From assembly GCF_009914755.1 (NCBI RefSeq), contig NC_060936.1: 64,000 nt of DNA. One strand, given 5' to 3'. This document shows, in pieces, positions 49,156 through 62,205 of the stretch. A model generated the notes under the pieces. That model saw nothing but the letters and a program-made list of their open reading frames with translations, did not search any database and was not told the origin of the DNA. Position numbers and translations under genes: made by a program. The stretch is from the human T2T-CHM13v2.0 reference genome, Homo sapiens. Within the stretch, counting starts at the first letter, position 1. Every line of letters starts with the position of its first letter.

Positions 49156-49578
49156 ACCTAATAAATGTTTTGATTGTAATAATGGCTACCTTTACATTGT
49201 AAGTATTATAAAAGTAAGTGGTTGATATAAGCTTTTTTATTAGGACATTTTAAAAGTTTGTCAGTGTGTTACACTTACCCAATTATTTAATATTCTATGA
49301 ATTCTGCTCTTCAAAATATTAGTTTACATTGTGTCCAATTTTTTTTAATCATTAAATATTTATTGTGTACCTACTAAAACAAAATGCCGATACAAAAGGA
49401 GATTTAAAGAAAAAAGAATCAAAGTCCCTACCTTAAGGGTATATAAGGGACTTCTTCCCCCCCACCCCCAGTATCCATGGTATGAAGTTTCCTACAATTT
49501 GTCTCTAAAAAGAATCAAATATGTACATGTACGTATGTATAAAAAATTTACTGTAAATGATTAAAAAAAACTAAAACA

Positions 49579-49856
<278 letters not shown>

Positions 49857-51666
49857 CACACATACACACACCACACCCACACACACACCCAACAACTGAA
49901 ACAATATAAATTGCTATTAGGGTAAAGAAAAATAAAGGTAGTTAAAAATTAAATTCTATGTCCTGAAAAAAGGAGTGTTTCTTGTTGCTGCTGATATATT
50001 CTGCACATAATGGTAAGTCAAAAATAATCTTGGCACTTCCTAAAATTTAGGACAATTTCGAATTCTGAGATTAATTTAGATACAGTACTACTGCACTTCA
50101 ATTACCATAGAAAGGTCTTAAAAGTATGGGCTAGCTAAAACAAATGTGGATGAAGAAAAAAATTATATGTGTGTTTCACTTGATTTTCAGCTAATTTACA
50201 GAGAAACCTCCAATTACTAAACACCACCATAATGATGAAAAGATTTAAGAATATTTTCTTCTTCAGACTTCAAAGAAGATACCTGGCATAGGGTAAAGTT
50301 TGAGTTTCGGCATCAAACAGACCTGCATAAGAATTCCAGCTCTGCCATTTATTTTCTTGTTAACTTTGAGCAAGTGAAAAAGCATGTTGTGAAAATTAAA
50401 CTATTGTTTGGAAAAGCACTGCTCCTCAATAAAACACTGATTAAGTCATGGCTACTACATATCTGACTCCAACTGAGAATAAACTTATAATTGTTGGAGT
50501 TCTTCAACCTTTCAAAGAGGTATACCAAAATGCCAATACCTCATCATCTTCTCAACCTTATTGTGGAGCCCCACAAACTTTCAAAAGAAGGGTGGAGTAA
50601 AAGATGGCAATTTTTTGCAGGCAGAGGCAATGAAAATAGCAACTTCATATAGTGTCAAGAAGTAACATGTTATGGTAGTAACAAAACAACGTTTTATGCC
50701 TCCCCCTATTAAAAGGTTTTTAAATAGTTTTCTTTTAAAAATCATCTAATAAGATTTTTAAAACACTTTTCTTATGTGAACTGTAATTTTTAAATGTGGT
50801 AATAACAAATGGATGATGAAAAACACTTCCTCTATTCCATCCAGTGTTTCTACCTGGCTATAGAAAATGCTCAGTCACAGCTTGCAATCATACTGTAGCT
50901 GAGGCACATGAAAGATGGTCTTGGTTATGACACCTCAAAGTCAGACCACAAAAGTGTTGCCAGGAAGCACAGAGGCAGCAACTACAGAAAAAGCATTAGA
51001 ACAGCAGCAGTGTGGGCACTGGTGCCCTACCAGCACACCCCATATATGGCTAGGGTTGCCCACTTATTTGTAGGAAGTGAGGGGCCAGTTTGGGGTTGGG
51101 AGGGTTTTATTTGTTTGTTTAGGTAGGTTTTTAAAAATGGATTTAGGATGATTTCAATAAAAACTTTTGAAAGGCATGAGCATAAAGTGTTACAGCTTTT
51201 CTAAAAAGAAAACTATGCAGAGAAATATTTTACACTGCACATTCTTTTAGACACAAATTTTAATGCTCTTTAAAAGTTATCCAGTAGGTTCTTCCAAGAT
51301 CTTAACATTCTCCATCAAAAAAAGGGTAAACAGTTACAAACTATAAACTCTTAATTCAGATTTTACATAGTAATCAAACTATTTGCTAACAAGCAACTCA
51401 AAATTAATTGCTTCCAGTCTCTTTTACACTTCACATCTTAAGAAGACTACACAAAAGTATTCCTTTTACTGACGAGAGGATCACATATTTTACAAAGATG
51501 CTTAAAATGGCTCCCTTAGAAGTAGATCAAATTTGTATTTTAAAAGCAAAAGGATTTCATATTAAACCTATCTGTAAGTCTGTCTGTTTTGGAAAGTAAA
51601 AGAAAAACTATTTTAAAATTCTAATAGCATAGAACATGGAACTAATTCTACTTTGTATTCCTCTAG

Positions 51667-52004
51667 AAGTGGTACCCAACCTTGGCATCAGGAACTAGTT
51701 TTGTGAATGACAATTTTTCCACAGATGTGGGTTGGGGAGTGGGGCCGGATGAAACTGTTCTACCTCACATCATCATCAGGAATTAGATGCTCATAAAGAG
51801 CACACAACCTAGATACCTCAGAAGCGCAGTTCACAATAGGGTCCGCACTCCTATGGGAATCTAATGCCGCTGCTGATCTGACAAGAGGTGGATTTCAGGC
51901 AGTAATGCTAGCTTGCCAGTGTGTCGCTCACCTCCTGCTGTGTGGCCTTGTTCCTCACAGGTCGTGGATCGACCTGTCCACGGCCCAGCGTTTGTGAACC
52001 CCCG
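51667..52004 (+). mobile_element. MER1B-like hAT-Charlie MITE
   Basis: GATGAAACTGTTCTACCTC.CATCATCAGG...GCGCAGTTCACAATAGGGT.CGCACTCCTATG.GAATCTAATGCCGCTGCTGATCTGACA; CTCTAGA target on both sides. Confidence 0.88.
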
Positions 52005-52097
52005 CTCTAGAGGATCTAGCTCAGACTCTTACAAAGTGAGTAATTAATTAGTGACTCAACTGGATATAATATTTTTCTACCACTTAACCAATATCTA

Positions 52098-52451
<354 letters not shown>

Positions 52452-53153
52452 TTAAAATCTCAAGATATTAAAATATATTGAAATCTACAACAAAGTTTTT
52501 AATTTGTTTCATAATCACACAAATTCCATTATGTGCAAGAACAATACGCTAAGTATCTGATGCGAAGGTTTCAAAAATATATCTCACAACATAAAAATAA
52601 CTCTAAAACTTCCTATTGATGAGGTAAAAAGATAAAAATTCAATAAACCTTTAGTGAGCATCTACTATGTGCTAGGCTCTGGAAATACAAAAATTGTGGA
52701 AGATTAGGTCCTCAGAGGCTACAAGGGAAGACAAACACAAACACTATTCAGTAAAAAGTGTTTTTATTGCAGGAGAGGCAGAATATAAGGTACAGTGAAC
52801 ACCCCAGAAAAGAGAATGTGAATCTTGAACAATGACTAGAATTTTAATTGGCAAACGAGGGAGAGAGGATAAAAGGCATGGCTAAAGGCATGGAAATAAA
52901 AAATGTAAAGATCTAGTTGAAACGTAAGCAAGTTAACCAATTTCTATAAAGGATACAACACAATGGAGATGTATCAACCATAAGCTAAATGATAAAATGT
53001 ACTATATCCAAATTTAGAGAGAGGAATAACACCATCAAAATGATACTGTTCAAAGATTAATATGACAGCAATATGCATGCTAGATTAAATAAGGGAGAGA
53101 ATAGAGGCAGGAAAAACAATTAAGCTATTACTATACTCTAGGGATAAAAATAA

Positions 53154-53557
<404 letters not shown>

Positions 53558-56500
53558 TTATGCATAGACAAGGGGAATGAGTAAACAATAACTAAAATGT
53601 TTAACTTGATTCTAAAGATTAATACATCATTAACAGAAACAGGAACATCAATGAGAAGAGTAGACTTGATGAAGAAAGATAGACCTGTTTTAGGTTGAAT
53701 TTAAAGAAATTCCTGACGATGTAAAATTGTCTTACAACCAAATTAATAATACTTTTAAAATAATTAGTTAAAAAGGATGCTGGTAAAGTCTAAAGATAAG
53801 TATCTCTAATGTTAACGGATAAACGTAAAATTATAATACTGAATTGCAACTATGAAAATCTATATTTGAACAATAAGAAATCCTTTGAAGAAATCACAAA
53901 GGTTAACGTGAATACAGTAGTTGCCATTCTATGGCAAAGGGGGTGAACTTGTATTTACTATATTACTACTTAAAAGACATTATTAAATATAAAATTACAA
54001 TACATTTAATATTTCATTTCAAATCAATACATAACCCCAAAAAATGGAAATGAGGCTTGGAGCTTTGCAGAAATGAGGGAACTGTAAACTGACTTGGAAG
54101 TCACTGGCACAGAGGAAAAAGAAAAGATTTTAAGGCTAAAATCAACAGGCTAAACTCAAAACTGCTGGAGAAAAATCTCAGCCCTGTATTTTATGCACAC
54201 CAGTATCAGTGAGAATCAGCAATAAGGCATTCTATATATAACTTTATTAATCTCCTTAAATCTTTACAAAATATGCTAAAATAGAGATATAATCACATAC
54301 TGTAAAACTCTACCAGGTAGCTATAAAATCAGAAGCTGATTATTGCCCCATTGGTAATAATGAAATTCTACTCTAGACCTCGGTTCTAGAAAAACCAGAA
54401 ATTTGTATCTATGGTTAACTTTGTGCTGTTTTGTAGCTTTGGGGGTCAGGTCCTGGGTAGAGTGGGTGGGGGAGAAAGGCTACTCTGGAGACTAAGATAG
54501 GAAATTTGACAAGAAACGCTGCTTTTTCTTCTATACAGAGGACACATTTCTATACAAAAAGAACAGCTGAAGACTGGATATCTTTTATAACTTCTAATGA
54601 GGTAGCACATTCAACAAATTAATAAACCTTTAAATATAAGCTCTTTAAAGTAAAAGCAAAATATTCGATTTTCAAAAGCATATTTGTGGGTTGTGATGTT
54701 CCTAAAACTTTTCTCTTGACAATGAAATTTAGAACACTTGATCAAAACCAAAAAGTAAATGAATATTCAAAAAACAATCAACAATTAACCCCGTTATACA
54801 TTTTAGGTATTCTACGATCTTTTGAGAGGTTAAAGTTTTAAAGAACTATTCAAGGACTATTAAATCAGTGATTTTAGTTTTTACAATTAAGTATGGAAAA
54901 CAAGCTAAGTTCAAGAGATTTCTTAAAGGCTTAAAATTTTCTTGTGTGTGTGTGGTTTTTAATTTTATTTATTGTCTTTCACTAACTGTTGTCCTAAATT
55001 TGCCCAAAGTGAACTCCCTGTTTTCATAGTAACAATGGGAAAAAAGTACAAGAGTTGATAAATAAGAAATGAGAGTGAAGAAAACATAACACAAATTTTT
55101 AATGCTTGATATTTTAAAGACTTTGGCTTCACCGATTTAAGGCATTTGCAGATAAGGAAAAATGTTATGGAAAAGGGGAGGCGGTTGGAGATTATCGGGT
55201 CAAACCCACACTCACAGTGACAAAAAGTGACAGAAAGATATTACGCAAATGGAGTAAATTTAGAAACTTCTGTTTGTCAACTAAAACAAAATACCCAATA
55301 AAGATATATCTACACAACACCAAACTGACCACTGAATTCAGTTAATCAGGAAGACATTGGTAAGTCTGACAATTCTTGTAACGTGTGAATATTGAGAGGA
55401 GAAAAAAAGATCTTAAGAAGGCAGTTAAATGTATTTTCTCTTCCTCCCTAAACCAGTATCACAATAATGTAAATATCAAAACTTTTCGTCTTCCTCTAAG
55501 CCAATACAACTGGGTTCCTCCACAACAATAGTAACTTTAAATTTCTATTTGACAATTTGAATAAAACATATTGATGCGAACCATTATCCAATTATCCTGA
55601 CCTCCTACAGTAATAATCGTCTTTCAAAATCTGTTTCACACTAAAACGTGTAAAGTACACTTGAAAGAAATTTGAAGATTCATCTTATATAATTACATTA
55701 TCATTTTTAATGCCAAAAGTTTCCTTCATTCTCAACACCATGGTTTTAAAATTTTACGAGTTATGATATGCCTTAAATAAACTTCACCCAAATAAAAAGT
55801 TTGCTATGCATTAGAGAATCTAAATTAATGAAATTGAGAAAGCGCTAGACACCCTGCTATATTTTTACTGGGTGCCACATTTTTAATTCCATATTTGTCC
55901 TGCAATGTGTCAATCATTTCAATATATCCAGTCAACTTTGTAAACAAAGGCTATACTCCAAGTCTGATAAGAGAATTCCATTACACAAAATTTAAAATGG
56001 TCATCACTCCCTTAAACAGTAAGCAGGACAAGGAAAAATGTCACTACACACCTTTTTTTTAAAAGGCATCAAGTTAATATTCATGAAATATAAAGCCTTG
56101 AGTTTCAACCTCCCAAACAAGTTTTTACTACAACATTATTCAAAATAAGGCTATGCATCTTCCACACACAACCAAGGCAACTTTGAGATAGCTTACAAGT
56201 CTTTTCATTGTTAAGGGGAAGCTATTGCTGCAAAGTCATTTTCTATTACAGTTATTCCAAGTTGCCCGCTAAGAAAATAGAAAAAGCCTATGTTTTGTCA
56301 CCTATTACCGTCACTTAAAAATTGCTTTTTATGCATAACTCTACGTGGTTGTGTTGCTTTTGGCCTGTTAAAGGCAAGGCAACATTATCTCTGGATTGCC
56401 AATAGTTTCTCCTTATTTGGCTAACATTGAGAGATCCCAATCAGACTACTATAAAACTTTAATATGCACAAAGCATCCATTTTGAGAAAAGTTTGTGACC

Positions 56501-56949
56501 AGCTTTCTTTTTTCCCAACCCCAAAAGAAAAACCAGAGCTTGGTAACCGGCTTTGAAAAGAGTGTCCCCTATTTATTCTTCTCTTTCTAACACCAGTGCA
56601 CACCCGAGGACCTGGGGCTCAAGGATCTCTGACACTGCGGCAAACTTCGAGTATCAGACTCAACACGTTCCGGTCCGGAGGTAGAGTAGAGGGCTTCCTT
56701 ACTCTACCCACTTCCATCCCCTTCCTTTCAGCCGGTGCAGATCAGCTAATTACACCCTGTTTTCCCCTCCCCAGTGACCAAGAGTAATAAATGAGAAAAC
56801 AGGAAATCGTTCGTTCAGGGCACTCGGCTTAGGGCTCTAGATTACTATTATTATCATCATTTGTAATCAAGTCCTAAAAAGTGCAACAAATCCAATGCCC
56901 ACCTACAAGTCAAAGATGTTCATCTGCCTAACCGTCCGTAATGCCCCTT

Positions 56950-58210
56950 GTTAGTTTTCTTCCTTCAGCATCCACCCCTCCGAATATACCACTGACACCG
57001 GGGCCCAGGCACAACCCCACTACACCCCTCCTTGTCTCGACCCCAAATCCCAGACTTATCCACGAATGGCCCTGGGGCCCCAAACGACCACAGTTCCTTT
57101 TCCCCTATGCCCCGGAAATCACCCGGTTCCCAACTCCACCAGCAACTGTTCTGAAGGGGGGCCTCAAGCCCAGCGCCCTCCCTTCCACCAGCTCTCCCTC
57201 CCGCCCTCTGGGGAAACCGCCCCCTCACCCCGCAGCAGGGAGTCTCCCGCCGCCCCCAGCCTCAAGAGGTGGAGAACTGAGGGCAGGCCCGAGCAGGAGG
57301 CCGACGAGAACCCTCACGGTCAGGAGAGCCGGCGGCGGGGCGCACAGACCTGGTGCAGGGCAGTGAGTCCGTCCACATTGGCGTAATTGATGTCGGCGCC
57401 GCGGTGCAGCAGCTTGAGGACCTCGTCCGTGTCGCCGCTGGAGCAAGCAGCCAGGAAGACGGCGCCATCGTCGAACTTCACCTTGGTCTTCTGGCGCTTC
57501 ACCACCGGAGGCTCGAGGTCCGTCTCGGAGCCGATCCAGCGTTTCAGCTGCTCGTTCCGCTTCTGCTTCGCGTCCGCCATCTTCATCCCCTCTCCTGCCG
57601 CCGGGTCTTCTTATCGCGAGGGGGGGAAGGGGGAGGCGGAGAGGGAAGAGAGGGGAGGCAGGGGGTGTGTGAATGTTTCTATGAGTGCGGGCCAGAGGAG
57701 GGCTGGGAACCCGGAGCCGACGCTCGAGACTTCCAGTATCCCACAGAGCACTGGGGCGGCGCACCCGGCCGAGCGGACCTCCCTTCCTACCACAGAAGCC
57801 CTCCCGCCCCCAGCACGGCCACCCGTCACCGGCGGCCAATCTAACGTAACTTCGCGAGATCCGGACTGGGAGGCGCCCTTCGACCAGTGCGCATGCGCCC
57901 TGGGCCTGTGCCCGCCCCAGGAAGAGCGCTCCCGCGAACTGCGGCGGTGGTGGCTGGGCCACCAGAGGGAAGCGGGTGTGGCCCAGGCAGCGGGGGCTGG
58001 GACAGACCTGGAAAGGAGGAAGCGGGGAAGGAAGGTTGTCCTGTCGGGCTGGGGGCTCCCGGGAATCCGGAGGCCAGCAGTGGAACCGCAAGGCTCTACA
58101 GGGCAGATCTGCCTCCCGGGCTGTCTCAGCTACGCCGAGTCGTTGGCTCAGGGCGGAGGATTTTCCTATTGGCCGCGTTATTTGAATGGAATGGAGGATA
58201 GGTCGTGAAG
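56950..58210. promoter_or_regulatory. PPP1R12A: CpG-island promoter of PPP1R12A (likely bidirectional, TATA-less)
   Basis: Sharp rise in GC and CpG content against AT-rich flanks. Motifs: CCAAT at 57836-57840 and ATTGG at 58168-58172; NRF1 motif TGCGCATGCGC at 57888-57898; TCGCGA-core BANP/ZBTB33-like motifs at about 57612-57621 and 57851-57860; GC box GGGCGG at 58151-58156. Confidence 0.9.
57350..57586 (-). CDS. PPP1R12A: First coding exon of myosin phosphatase targeting subunit 1 (MYPT1), codons 1-79
   Basis: Translates to MKMADAKQKRNEQLKRWIGSETDLEPPVVKRQKTKVKFDDGAVFLAACSSGDTDEVLKLLHRGADINYANVDGLTALHQ, the recognised MYPT1 N-terminus: MyPhoNE motif RNEQLKRW, RVxF motif KVKF, ankyrin-repeat start GADINYANVDGLTALHQ. 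It ends at a phase-0 donor CAG|GTCTGT (GT at 57349-57348). There is an in-frame TAA upstream at 57613-57611. Confidence 0.98.
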
Positions 58211-58600
58211 TAGGTGCTGCTGGTTGATCTTTCTAAGGAACTCAGATGAACTTGGGCATGTCAGAATTAATAACCTTTTAAAAGTGGGGTCTGTGTGGCC
58301 GAGGGTTTTAATGGTAAGTTCTTGAGGTGACCACCTATTGACAAGGGTTGACCTGCTGTAATTGCTGTGGCTTCCTGCCAACCCCCACTTTAGAAATGTT
58401 TTTCTTCCTCTCTTTACTTGTTTTGTTTTGCTTTCTCTCACGCTTGGGTTCTCTTCTTTCTTCCTTCAGTGCTTTAAGCCTGTCTCGTACTACCCATGAG
58501 CTTAGCTCAGCCTGATTACTGGTCCTTACCTTTTAAGGGATTTCTGGTTACAGCTCCATCTCTTTCTAAGGAGGGGTAAAGACCTAGCTGCGTCTAGCAT
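57900..58600 (+). ncRNA. PPP1R12A-AS1: Candidate divergent/antisense spliced lncRNA from the PPP1R12A promoter (start and end not definable from sequence)
   Basis: On the + strand there is a strong donor ATG|GTAAGT (GT at 58314), a branch-like CTCAC (58437-58441), a long polypyrimidine tract and CAG| at 58469. I recall an annotated antisense gene at this promoter, but its exact structure is not verified. Confidence 0.45.
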
Positions 58601-59974
58601 TTAAACGGAACGTTAAGGAAGGCAATTAATTCAACCACTATTTATTGAATACCTACTATGAGCCAGTAACTGTACTAGGCACTGAAGATACAATGAAAAA
58701 TATGACATTTATTTGAACCACCTCTTGAGTTCACTCGCCCAAACAAGACTAATTTATCATCGTCATAAAAAAAAGACTTTAACTTTGCCTTGTATGACCA
58801 CACGCGCACACACATAGGATTTGTAATACTGATGTCTTATGAGCCATCTATCTACAATCTCCACCAATTGATTTTACTGAACACTGCATTGTTACCATCC
58901 ACTACTATTTTTAGAGCATTTAGAAAAGCCAAGATAAAAACCACAAAACCTTACCATGGAAGTTTAGGGGTCATCTAGACAGAGTCCCTCAAGAACTAAT
59001 TAATTTACTTAATTTTACCCAGAAGTAGGATTAGAATTCACTCAGCAAATACTATGCACCTGTTCTGGGTCAGGCATTGTTCTAGGTGCTGGAGATAGAG
59101 CAGTGAACAAATAAGCTTTTCTTACTCTCAGCATGATGCCTTTTCCAGTGGACTACTTCACAGCCTATCATATTGAGAAATAAAATAATTGAGTAAAACG
59201 TGATTAGGAAACTGTCTGCCTGTGAGACAATTTTCTGAACCACAGTTATTAGGATAGCGATAGAATCCAGGTCAGGGTAAAAATATTTCCTCTGAAAACG
59301 TTGTAGGAATAGAAAATGAATGTAATATTCATAAGATATACCATTGTATGTTCATTACATACATTAAAGATAACATCAGACCTTTGAATACTCATGGTGT
59401 TAGGTACTGAAAAACATTGTTAGCACTAAAATACAAAATCCCTATCCACAGAATACAGCTCTCAGAATAAAAGAAAGGAACTTGAGGATTGCCTTGTCAG
59501 CTCCTGTCTCTACCTAGGCAACTGACAGCATATCCTGTTTTCCAAGAACGTTATGGCCTATGTGGTAGCTCTTAAAGTGCCCTTGCAGTATAGATGGGAA
59601 TCTGAAGATTTCATTCAGGCAAAAGGAATTTAGTGGGAAGTATGCTATTCCTGATTCAAGCACTTATTTCAGGATGCAAAATTAATAATAGTTTATTAAT
59701 AAAACATAATTAAGTTCATTCAGTTCCCAGAAGCTGTCAGGGAAAAAACAACCAAGGAGGGCTGCTATCATGTGCAAATTTCACTGAATTTAGTTTTTCT
59801 TCTTTCGTGGCTCTAAGGGTCAAGATGCTCTATGTTAATATTGAAAGTACTCTGAAACTGCCACCTACTTTGTCTTTAGGGAGGATTTTTTTTAAATTGT
59901 TGTTAGTGAATTAATGGTACTGAAGACCTTGGGTTAATTCTAGAACAAGCAAAATTTTTTATTGACACACACAG

Positions 59975-60123
59975 TCCCAGCACAGTGGCTCACACCTGTA
60001 ATCCTATCACTTTGAGAGGCTGAGGCGAACTCTGCCCAGGAGTTCGAGGCTGCAGTGAGCTATCTGCACTACAACCTGAGCGACAGAGCTAGACCCTATC
60101 TTTACCAAAAAAAAAAAAAAAAA
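59975..60123 (+). mobile_element. Alu monomer fragment followed by (CA)n
   Basis: GGCTCACACCTGTAATCC...GAGGCTGCAGTGAGCTAT...poly(A). Confidence 0.85.
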
Positions 60124-60365
60124 GACACACACACACACACACATGCTTTTATTACATATTTGTCTAAGCAGAACAAATGGAAAAAATGCAAATATTTTCA
60201 CTTCCTAATGGCTTCTAAACAGATTGGGATGTGAGGATACATTTTAGCTCCTTTAAAGCAAATTAAGCCTTAAAATAGAAGTACAAATAAAACTATACTT
60301 ACTAATTTGCATATATGTATATATAAAAATATATTTTTGGCTGCACCAAATCAATCATATTGGAG

Positions 60366-60615
60366 GTTTTTGTTTCTGAGACAGGGTCTCACTCTATCGC
60401 TCAGGCTGCAGTGCAGAGGCATGATCTCAGCCTCCCAAGTAGCTGAGACTACAGGCGCGTGCACCACCAGGCTTAGCTAATTTATTTTTTAAGTTTTGTA
60501 AAGATGGGGTCTACCTATGTTGTCCAGGCTGGTCTCAAACTCCTGGGCTCAAGTGATCCTCTGCCTTGGCTTCTTAAAGTGTTGGGATTACAGGCTTGAG
60601 CCACTGTACCTGGCT
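60366..60615 (-). mobile_element. Alu (AluJ-like, internal deletion)
   Basis: Reverse dimer lacking part of the right arm. Confidence 0.9.
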
Positions 60616-61009
60616 GGGGGTTTTATTTATTACATGCACAAGATTGTCAGAATGAGATCTGTGTATATCTTTTTCAAAGTTTAATCACACTACTGACATT
60701 CCTTACCATTAATTTGCTTGCTAATTATGATCAACTTAATTTAAATTATAAACATATTTGAAATGCTGACATGCACAGCTTAGATTTGTTTCTGCTATTA
60801 TAATCTCTTTGTTAAAAATGTACATAAGATATTAATAAATACTTTGATATATCTATGTTCTCTTTATCCCTAATTTAAACCTGAGATACTAATTTACATT
60901 TATACACTTGAGAATAGAACAGTCAACAAGGACCTTGTTTCTGTCTCCTGTATTCTACACCTGGGCCAAACTCTCTTCCATTGCATAATAATTTCTTTCC
61001 AATGTTTTA

Positions 61010-61337
<328 letters not shown>

Positions 61338-61764
61338 AACTTGAAGAAAAGTTTACAATCCATTCACATCATAATTTATTTAGTCCTACCCAGGGAGTTG
61401 ACCAGAACCAACATGGAACCACCCTAACTTGCTTCAGACTCCATTGCTAGATCAATCCTGATTTCTAGATCATAGCATCTAATCTTTGCCTTGCCTCTGG
61501 ATTACAAGGTGAGTTTCTAATTTACTTTAGGGTAAATTTTCTGCCACATCTGACTCCATTTCAAGAAACTAACCCTATCACAGTACAAGTACTGGCTAAT
61601 ATGCTCATAAAGCTTCTTTTGTTCCCCAAAACTAGGACTCAGATGAGTGTCTGGCAACAATCCAAAGTGCAGTTATACTGCTAAAGAGATAACTCACCTC
61701 CATTGCACATGACTCCCAACCTGTATCATGTGACAGAACATCACATGCCCCTTTCATATGAATT

Positions 61765-62205
61765 AATGTTTCCCAAACTTTATCAGTTTTATTGCCAAAT
61801 TCAAGAACCGCAAATACTAGTATTTGCTTAATGTTTTCTTTAACCTTTTTAAGACAAATTTATTTTAAAGCAACATTATGTTGCTTTGGTAAGTGAAAAA
61901 CGTTTCCACTTGACATAAAGAAGACTGTTAAAGCAAATACAATGAAAACAAAACATTAGTTAGGTTGTCTGTCAAGGGTCTGAGCCCAAGCTGTGCTCTC
62001 AATTTGTTAAAAAAGGGATATTGGTAAGGGTTGGACATGTGAGCATCAACCTAAGATTTTTCAGTTTAGCATAATCGGAAAGATTAAAAGGTAGTGAAAA
62101 AAGAATATTGTGCTAAGTGCTTCACTGTTGTTTTAATGTTACATCTACCTTATAACATTACCTCATGTACCACCAGTCTACATGTCCTACACTTTAGGAA
62201 ACTGA
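61765..62205. mobile_element. Probable hAT-Charlie remnant
   Basis: Termini AATGTTTCCCAAACT / ACACTTTAGGAAACTG resemble Charlie TIRs. Confidence 0.5.

Noticed and set aside
51186-51200. AGTGTTACAGCT similarity to the U7 snRNA 5' end
   Set aside because: Only about 12 nt match; no Sm site or 3' hairpin follows.
57320-57349. Last 9 residues (VCAPRRRLS) of the 88-aa ORF
   Set aside because: Intron read-through beyond the CAG|GT donor; not MYPT1 sequence.
57225-58208. Long ORFs over the CpG island (288 aa minus, 273 aa and 163 aa plus, and others)
   Set aside because: Pro/Arg/Gly/Ala-rich with no recognisable domain, and several start at non-ATG codons. They are expected from stop-codon scarcity in GC-rich DNA and from lying antisense or frame-shifted to the real exon.
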